From Erythrobacter sp. (GTDB taxonomy: Bacteria; Pseudomonadota; Alphaproteobacteria; Sphingomonadales; Sphingomonadaceae), in assembly GCA_027311945.1 (NCBI GenBank), contig DAICXZ010000009.1, positions 114,243 through 178,242 of the forward strand: 64,000 bases of DNA, written 5' to 3'. Position numbers and translations under genes: made by a program. A model generated the notes under the pieces. The model was not told the DNA's origin, did no database searches, and was given only the letters and a program-made list of their open reading frames with translations. This document shows, piece after piece, positions 57,850-64,000 of the stretch (the stretch's first letter is position 1; the number at the start of each line of letters is the position of its first letter).

Positions 57850-58459
57850 CGCCCGGCATCAGCATCACGTTGGCATCGCTGTCGCCCTTGCGCAGCAGAT
57901 CGGACAGGCGCAACGAATATTCGGCCTGGCTGCCACTTTCGCGGTCGAACCGGATCAGCTTGGCCCGGTTGCCCGCCGCGTATTCGCTGAGGCCGCCCAC
58001 CGCGATCATTGCATCGAGCAGCGTCATGTTCGCGCGGTAAGGCAGCGAAGCGGGCTGCTCGGTTGCGCCGACGATGCGGACCTGCTGGCTGAAGGTGCCG
58101 GCAAACTTGTTGACGATGACGGTGACCAGCGGCTCCTCGATATATTGCGAGAGCTGCAGGCGGATGTCTTCGGCGAGCATGGTCGGGGTCTTGCCCACGG
58201 CGGGCATATCCTCGACCAGCGGGGTGCTGATGCGCCCGTCGGGCCGCACCTGCACCGAAGCGCCCAGTTCGTCGTTACGCCACACGTGGATGGTCAATTC
58301 GTCAAGCGGACCAATGACATATTCCTCGCCCGGGCCTTCCTGCATGGCCACGAACCGCGCTGGTTCGAGCTGCGGCGCGCTGCTGGTGGCGCAGCCGCCC
58401 AGCGTCAGCGCAAGGGCCGCACCTGCAAGAGAGAGACGGGCGATTTGTGTCGTTCGCAT
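57818..58459 (-). CDS. Polysaccharide export protein (Wza/OPX family), XrtA system
   Basis: The internal start gives MRTTQIARLSLAGAALALTLGGC (a lipobox). Poly_export motifs follow (YVIGPLDELTIHVW, GDVIIIPE). Confidence 0.8.
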   Translation of the reverse strand: MRTTQIARLSLAGAALALTLGGCATSSAPQLEPARFVAMQEGPGEEYVIGPLDELTIHVWRNDELGASVQVRPDGRISTPLVEDMPAVGKTPTMLAEDIRLQLSQYIEEPLVTVIVNKFAGTFSQQVRIVGATEQPASLPYRANMTLLDAMIAVGGLSEYAAGNRAKLIRFDRESGSQAEYSLRLSDLLRKGDSDANVMLMPGDVIIIPESMF

Positions 58460-58659
58460 CGAAAGTCCTTCACGTGGTCGGGCCCGTGATGCAGCAGAGG
58501 CAAGCCCCATGCACCAGCAAAGCCCGTGGATCCGCGGTCGCTTCTCACCAAAAAGGGTGAACATTGCGTTAGTTTTGCGCCCGAACCCGCCGGAATGGCG
58601 GGCTTTATCTCGCCCCGTGCCAAATAGGGACGACTTGTTGAGCTCCGGTAAAGAGCCCG

Positions 58660-59886
58660 TCAGACCAACACTTCGGCGGCCGGCCCCTGCCCCAGGAATG
58701 TCGCCGGACTCGCGCTGGCGCCATAGGCCCCGGCGCAGAATACGGCGACCAGATCGCCCACTTCGGCATGCGGAAGCAAGGCATTGTCGGCCAGCCGGTC
58801 AAGCGGGGTGCACAGGCACCCGACGACGCTTACCTCTTCCTCGCCGGGCGCATCGAACCTGCTGGCAATGGCGAGCGGGTAGTTGCGCCGTACCACCGCG
58901 CCAAAGTTGCCCGAAGCTGCGAGCTGGTGATGCAGCCCTCCGTCGGTGACGAGATAGGTCGTGCCATGGCTGACCTTGCGGTCGACGATGCGGGTCAGGT
59001 AGACCCCCGCCTCACCCACGAGATAGCGGCCCAGTTCGATGGCAAACTTCGTCTCCCGCAGCCGTTCGGGCAGTTGAGCCAATTGTGCCCCCAATGCGGA
59101 GCCGATTGACGCGATATCCAGCGGCGTGTCCTTGTCGAAATAGGGGATACCGAAACCGCCGCCCATGTTGAGATGCGGCACGGCGACGCCCGCCTCTTCG
59201 CCCAGCCTTGCGGCCAGAGCGATGACATTGGCCTGCGTCTCCATGATGGCCGAAGCGTCGAGCGCCTGACTGCCGGTATAGATGTGAAAGCCGCGCCAGT
59301 CCGCGCCTTCGTCGACGATCCTTCGCGCAAGGGCTGGCACCTGCTCCTCGTCGATCCCGAACGGCTTTGCCCCTCCCCCCATCTTCATGCCGGAGCCGCG
59401 CATCTCGAACCCCGGATTGACCCGGATTGCGAGGCGCGGCTTGACCGACAGCGCCTTGCCCATGGCCAGCGCACGCGAAATTTCGCCTTCGCTTTCGCAG
59501 TTTAGCGTGACCCCGGTGGTGATCGCGGCCTTCAGCTCGGTATCGCGCTTGCCCGGCCCTGCGAAGCTGATTTCGCGCGGGAGGTAGCCTGCCTTCCGGG
59601 CGATCTCCAGCTCTCCGCCCGAGGCAATATCGAGCCCGTCGACCAGTTCCGCCAGATGTTGCAGCAGCGGCGGATAGGGGTTCGCCTTCATCGCATAGTG
59701 GATGCTGAGTTGCTCGGGCATGGCGGCGCGCAAAGCCGCAACCCGTGCCTCGACGATGTCGCGCGAATAGACGAACAGCGGCGTCCGCCGTGCCTCCTTC
59801 ACCAGCGCCGACACCTTGCGCCCGCCGATCGCGAGTTCACCATCGATGGCGGTGTAGTCTGCCGGAATGGGACCGAGCGGCTTCAT
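58660..59886 (-). CDS. PLP-dependent decarboxylase (Orn/DAP/Arg decarboxylase fold), exosortase A-associated
   Basis: From the ATG at 59886 the translation is MKPLGPIPADY..., with YAMKANP (the PLP lysine), GGGFGIPY and CGPLC-like CLCTPLD. The start overlaps the ligase stop. Confidence 0.85.
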   Translation of the reverse strand: MKPLGPIPADYTAIDGELAIGGRKVSALVKEARRTPLFVYSRDIVEARVAALRAAMPEQLSIHYAMKANPYPPLLQHLAELVDGLDIASGGELEIARKAGYLPREISFAGPGKRDTELKAAITTGVTLNCESEGEISRALAMGKALSVKPRLAIRVNPGFEMRGSGMKMGGGAKPFGIDEEQVPALARRIVDEGADWRGFHIYTGSQALDASAIMETQANVIALAARLGEEAGVAVPHLNMGGGFGIPYFDKDTPLDIASIGSALGAQLAQLPERLRETKFAIELGRYLVGEAGVYLTRIVDRKVSHGTTYLVTDGGLHHQLAASGNFGAVVRRNYPLAIASRFDAPGEEEVSVVGCLCTPLDRLADNALLPHAEVGDLVAVFCAGAYGASASPATFLGQGPAAEVLV

Positions 59887-61397
59887 GAATGTTCCTTCGC
59901 GAGCGCAGCGCGGTCGATCTTGCCGTTGGGATTCAAGGGCATGGCCTCGATCCACCGGATTGCCGCCGGCTGCATGAAATTGGGCAGGTCGGCGCGCAGG
60001 GCGGCGCGCAAGGCCTCCTCCTCGCCGCTGCCGCGCACCACCAGATGGATCGCCTGTCCGAGCCGCGCATCGGGCACCCCGAAGGCGACAGCCTCGCTGG
60101 CATGACCGGTGGCGACGGCGGCCTCCTCGATCTCCTGCGGGCTGATGCGGTTGCCCACGCTCTTGATCATGGCATCGGTGCGGCCGACGAAGTGAAGCAG
60201 GCCCAGCTCGTCACGCCGCACCGTATCGCCCGAGAACACCGCCATGCCGCCATAGAGCGAGGCCTTGGGCGCAGGCTTGAACCGTTCTGCGGTGCGCTCC
60301 GGGTCGTTCCAGTAGCCCTGCGCGACCAGCGGCCCGCAATGGACCAGCTCACCCTCGCTCGCCGGCTCGCCCTTTTCGTCGATCACCAGGATTTCGGCGA
60401 AGGGGATCGCGCGGCCCATGGAGGTCGGGTGTTCATCGACCATGGCGGGATCGAGATAGGTCGAGCGGAAGGCTTCGGTGAGGCCATACATCGGGAAGAG
60501 CCGCGCCTCGGGGAACATCCTGCGCAGCGCCCTTACCATATCCTCGGTCAGCGCCCCGCCCGAATTGGTGAGCCGCCGCATCGGCGCGACCGCCTCGGCA
60601 GGCCAGTCCTGCTCGATCAGCTGCACCCACAAGGGCGGGACCGCCGCGAGCGTCGTCACCCCGTGTCGCGCGCAGGCCTTCACCACGTCGCGCGGGGTCA
60701 GATAGTCAAGCGGAACGACGCAACCGCCCGCATACCAGGTTGAGAGCAGCTGGTTCTGGCCATAGTCGAAGCTTAGCGGCAGCACGCCAAGCGTCACGTC
60801 ATCATCTGCCATGCCGAGATAGTGCGCCACGCTTACCGCGCCGAGCCACATGTTGGTATGGCTGAGCATTACCCCCTTTGGCCGCCCGGTGGAGCCGGAG
60901 GTGTAGAGAATGGCCGCGAGAGCATCGGGATCGGCCGTGCTGGGCGGCAGAGCCTCGGCCTCCTGCGCCTCAGCCAGAACCGCCAGGTCCTCTAGCGCCG
61001 TGCAGCCCTCGGGCAGGTCACCCGCTTCGAGCAGTGCCAACCGCGCCTTGTTGCCGAGCAGCAGGCTTGCCCCGCAGTCGGCGAGGATATGCGCCACCTG
61101 CGCGCGCTTGAGCAGCGGGTTGATCGGCACATGGACAAGCCCCGCCCGCGCTGCAGCGAGCGGCATCAGGCAGGTCAGTTCGCCCTTGCCCGCCCAGCTC
61201 GCAACCCGCGCGCCCGGCTCGGGCACCCGCGCCTTGAGCCAGCCCGCCAGCTTGCCCACACGGCTTCTTAAGTCCTTCCAGCTAAGGACCTCGTGCTTGA
61301 GCACCAAGGCTGCGCTATCGTCGCTCCCGCGCAGGGCGAGATGGTCAAGCGGCCACGGCGCTGGATCGGGTTCGAAAAGGTTTGCAGGCTGCTTCAA
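59883..61397 (-). CDS. Acyl-CoA/ACP ligase (AMP-forming, ANL superfamily), exosortase A-associated
   Basis: 504 aa with the AMP-binding motifs YTSGSTGRPKGV, FSGDTVRRD and NPNGKIDR. The apparent start is TTG at 61397. Confidence 0.85.
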   Translation of the reverse strand: MKQPANLFEPDPAPWPLDHLALRGSDDSAALVLKHEVLSWKDLRSRVGKLAGWLKARVPEPGARVASWAGKGELTCLMPLAAARAGLVHVPINPLLKRAQVAHILADCGASLLLGNKARLALLEAGDLPEGCTALEDLAVLAEAQEAEALPPSTADPDALAAILYTSGSTGRPKGVMLSHTNMWLGAVSVAHYLGMADDDVTLGVLPLSFDYGQNQLLSTWYAGGCVVPLDYLTPRDVVKACARHGVTTLAAVPPLWVQLIEQDWPAEAVAPMRRLTNSGGALTEDMVRALRRMFPEARLFPMYGLTEAFRSTYLDPAMVDEHPTSMGRAIPFAEILVIDEKGEPASEGELVHCGPLVAQGYWNDPERTAERFKPAPKASLYGGMAVFSGDTVRRDELGLLHFVGRTDAMIKSVGNRISPQEIEEAAVATGHASEAVAFGVPDARLGQAIHLVVRGSGEEEALRAALRADLPNFMQPAAIRWIEAMPLNPNGKIDRAALAKEHS

Positions 61398-61417
61398 AAG
61401 ATGGGGACTTCTTCGCT

Positions 61418-62404
61418 GTGACGGCGATCAGCTATCACGTCAGTCTTAACGATCTGCAAGCCCAAGGCTGGGCCGAGGCAGGCCCTTTTGCCCGGCCGCG
61501 CTGGTTTGCGCTGCTCGAAGAGGCAGGTAAGCAGCCCTTTCTCGCCTGCGCCAGCCATGGCGACAAGCAGGTCTGCCTGCCGCTTGAGCAGTGCGAGGGA
61601 AGGCTCGTTTCGCTTGCCAACTGGTATGCGTTCACCTGGTCGCCGCTTCACACAGGCGCTTCGCCGGATGCAGACCTTTTACGCGCGCTGGCCCAAGACC
61701 TTTCTCGCCGCAGCCGCCGCGTTGTGCTCCACAAGCTGACCGTGGAAGACGGCAGCGCCGCTCGGCTCGCGCAGGTGTTCCGCCGCACGGGCTGGATCGT
61801 GCTCGACGAGCGCTGCGACGTGAACCACGTGCTCGCCGTGAACGGGCGCAGCTATTCGGAGTATCTCGCGACACGCCCCGGCCAGCTGCGCACCACGCTA
61901 AAACGCAAGGGGCACAAGGTGGAGGTCGCGCTCTCGCAAACGTTCGACCCCAATGACTGGGCCGCCTACGAGGACATCTACGCCGACAGCTGGAAGCCCG
62001 AAGAGGGCGACCCGGCGCTGCTCAAGCGCTTTGCCATCGAGGAAGCCGCAGCGGGCCGGATGCGCTTCGGCATTGCGCGGGCCGAGGGCCATCCGGTCGC
62101 CGCGCAGTTCTGGACCGTGGAGGGCGGCACGGCCTACATCCACAAGCTGGCCCACCGCGAGAGCGCCAAGCCCCTGTCGCCCGGCACCACGCTGTCGGCG
62201 GCACTGTTCGCGCAGGTGATTGACGTCGACAAGGTCGAGCTGGTGGACTTCGGCACCGGCGACGATGGCTACAAGCGCGACTGGATGGAGCAGGTGCGTG
62301 AACGCCGTCGCCTCACCTGCCTCAGGCCCGGTGCACCCGCCAACTGGCCTGAACTGGCCAAGGCCACCGCGCGCAAACTTGTTTCACGGATCAGCCAAGG
62401 CTAA
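61418..62404 (+). CDS. GNAT/FemAB-like N-acyltransferase (BioF2/CelD-like acetyltransferase domain)
   Basis: Its length and pattern (RPRWFALLEEAG...SYSEYLATRPGQLRTTLKRKGHK...GTAYIHKLAHRE) resemble Acetyltransf_6-type proteins. The start is uncertain: GTG at 61418 is preferred over TTG at 61382, which would overlap the ligase start. Confidence 0.62.
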   Translation: MTAISYHVSLNDLQAQGWAEAGPFARPRWFALLEEAGKQPFLACASHGDKQVCLPLEQCEGRLVSLANWYAFTWSPLHTGASPDADLLRALAQDLSRRSRRVVLHKLTVEDGSAARLAQVFRRTGWIVLDERCDVNHVLAVNGRSYSEYLATRPGQLRTTLKRKGHKVEVALSQTFDPNDWAAYEDIYADSWKPEEGDPALLKRFAIEEAAAGRMRFGIARAEGHPVAAQFWTVEGGTAYIHKLAHRESAKPLSPGTTLSAALFAQVIDVDKVELVDFGTGDDGYKRDWMEQVRERRRLTCLRPGAPANWPELAKATARKLVSRISQG

Positions 62405-62416
62405 GGCCCCACCACT

Positions 62417-62710
62417 ATGACGACCAATCTCCCCGCTTCGGTGGCAAATCCCGAAGATACCGACGCTATCCTGCGCTCGATCCTGCGCGACGTGCTGGGC
62501 CTGTCGGACGAGCGCGTTGCCGAGCTTGCCGCTGGCTCGGGCCTGTTCGGCCATATCCCCGAGTTCGACTCGATGGCCGTGGCGGGGCTGCTCACCGAGG
62601 TCGAGGACCGCTGCGACATCCTGATCGAGGACGACGAGGTGGATGGCGACATGCTTGAAACCTACGGCGCCTTGCTCACCTTCGTCAGCACCAAGCGCGC
62701 CGAGGGCTGA
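62417..62710 (+). CDS. Acyl carrier protein
   Basis: 97 aa and acidic, with the phosphopantetheine attachment motif IPEFDSMAVAGLL. Confidence 0.8.
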   Translation: MTTNLPASVANPEDTDAILRSILRDVLGLSDERVAELAAGSGLFGHIPEFDSMAVAGLLTEVEDRCDILIEDDEVDGDMLETYGALLTFVSTKRAEG

Positions 62711-62716
62711 CCGCCT

Positions 62717-63367
62717 GTGCTGACCACTTGGCAACCGCCCGGCGGCAGCGAAGAATTGGCAATCCGCTTTGGCGATGACACCGGCCCTTGTCTGCTGGTG
62801 CTGCCCGCGTGGTTCGACGAGGGCAACAAGACCCGCCACTTCACCATCGAGACAATGCGCCTGCTGGCCGGGCGCGGCGTGCCCAGCGTCCTGCCCGACC
62901 TGCCCGGTTGCAACGAGAGCCTGACCGGCCTTACCGAACAGACGCTCGCCACATGGCGCGAGGCGGCGGCAGCGGCGGCGGCGCAGTTCGGCTGCTCGCA
63001 GGTGCTCGCCATTCGCGCTGGCGCGAACATCGCGCCGGGCCTGCCGGGTTTCGCCTATGCGCCGCTGGCCGGTAAGTCGGCTCTGCGCGCTCTGCTCAGG
63101 GCGCGGACACTGGCGGCCAAGGAGGCTGGCCACCCCGAGACGACCGAGGCCCTGCTCCAGACCGGCAAGGTCGAGGGGCTGGAGCTGGCGGGCTACCATC
63201 TGGGCGCCGCAATGGTTGCCGAGCTCGCCGAAGCGGTGCTTGCGCCGAGCGCACTGGTGCCGCTCGATCCGGGCGGCCCGCTGCTTTGGCTGCGGGCCGA
63301 GCCGGAGCACAACCCCGAGCAAGCTGCCGCTCTGGCTGACCTCATTGCCGAGGGCATGACCGCATGA
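62717..63367 (+). CDS. Alpha/beta-fold protein (hydrolase 2 type of exosortase A loci)
   Basis: 216 aa. The assignment rests on its position and size between the ACP and the second hydrolase-like gene. I found no clear GxSxG nucleophile elbow. Confidence 0.55.
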   Translation: MLTTWQPPGGSEELAIRFGDDTGPCLLVLPAWFDEGNKTRHFTIETMRLLAGRGVPSVLPDLPGCNESLTGLTEQTLATWREAAAAAAAQFGCSQVLAIRAGANIAPGLPGFAYAPLAGKSALRALLRARTLAAKEAGHPETTEALLQTGKVEGLELAGYHLGAAMVAELAEAVLAPSALVPLDPGGPLLWLRAEPEHNPEQAAALADLIAEGMTA

Positions 63368-64000
63368 GCCGCTCGCACTTCACCGTCGACTGCCACGGCG
63401 ACACTCTCGCCTGCACACTCGACGACGGCGCGAGCCCGGTCGGCTTGCTGATCGTCAGCGGCGGCAACGAGACCCGCGCCGGTGCCTTCTCGGGGCAGGC
63501 CCGCCTCGCCGCCCGGATCTCCGAGGCAGGCTACCCGGTGCTGCGCTTCGACCGGCGCGGCGTGGGTGACAGCACCGGTGATAACCTCGGCTTCACCGGC
63601 AGCGCACCCGATATCGCCACCGCCCTGCGCGCCTTCGCTGCGGCCCACCCCGGTCTGCGCCGCGTGGTCGCCTTCGGCAACTGCGATGCGGCCAGCGCAC
63701 TGATGCTCGGCGCGGGGGCCGGGTGCGACGGGCTGGTGCTCGCCAACCCGTGGACCTTCGAGGGCGAAGCCGCTGACGACGCCTCGGCCATGCCCGCCGA
63801 GGCGATCCGGGCGCGCTACGCCGCTTGCCTCAAGGACCCGCGCGAATGGCTCCGCCTGGTGAGTGGCGGGGTCGATCTGCGCAAGCTGGCGCGCGGCCTG
63901 CGCGGGTCGCTGAGCAAGCCTGCCCCGCCCTCGTCGCTGACCGAGGACATGCGCAAGGGGCTGCACCGGTTTACAGGCAACACCCGTATCCTGCTCGCAA
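63364..64000 (+). CDS. Alpha/beta-fold protein (hydrolase 1 type of exosortase A loci), 3' end beyond the window
   Basis: Absent from the ORF track because it runs off the edge. I translated it by hand from the ATG at 63364, which overlaps the upstream stop as ATGA: MSRSHFTVDCHGDTLACTLDD...LLIVSGGNETRAG...RFDRRGVGDSTG...RRVVAFGNCDAASALML. No stop occurs up to position 64000. Confidence 0.6.
   Translation, partial: MSRSHFTVDCHGDTLACTLDDGASPVGLLIVSGGNETRAGAFSGQARLAARISEAGYPVLRFDRRGVGDSTGDNLGFTGSAPDIATALRAFAAAHPGLRRVVAFGNCDAASALMLGAGAGCDGLVLANPWTFEGEAADDASAMPAEAIRARYAACLKDPREWLRLVSGGVDLRKLARGLRGSLSKPAPPSSLTEDMRKGLHRFTGNTRILLA

Overview
High-GC, gene-dense chromosomal window. It reads as alphaproteobacterial: the LexA boxes are of the GTTC-N7-GTTC type and the gene families resemble Sphingomonadales. 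The taxon is inference. Left to right:
(1) The 5' part of a HlyB-type type I secretion ABC exporter, running off the left edge, next to an unusually AT-rich ~0.7 kb stretch with no convincing ORF.
(2) A complete phosphate regulon, phoR-pstSCAB-phoU-phoB.
(3) The SOS mutasome, split into two units (imuA-imuB, and dnaE2 plus an extensin-like gene). Each unit has its own LexA box. A TerC-family gene and a PRC-barrel-like lipoprotein separate them, and a 126-bp in-frame inverted-repeat element sits inside dnaE2.
(4) Housekeeping genes: panB, tRNA-Leu(CAA), suhB, efp, prfB, PBP1A, amidase, rne, sdhB, zapE and others.
(5) An XrtA/PEP-CTERM exosortase exopolysaccharide system in two pieces. The priming-transferase/prsK/prsR operon lies at 21.7-26.6 kb. 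The xrtA structural operon lies 19 kb away at 45.7-58.5 kb. It is followed by a head-to-head ligase-decarboxylase // GNAT-ACP-hydrolase2-hydrolase1 module (58.7-64.0 kb) that runs off the right edge.
I saw no CRISPR array, IS element, integrase, phage gene or recognisable defence system. The best candidates for new biology are the uncharacterised ACP-centred module beside xrtA and the translated palindromic insertion in dnaE2. Many long ORFs in the track are antisense or alternative-frame artefacts typical of high-GC DNA. Several true genes start well inside the listed ORFs.
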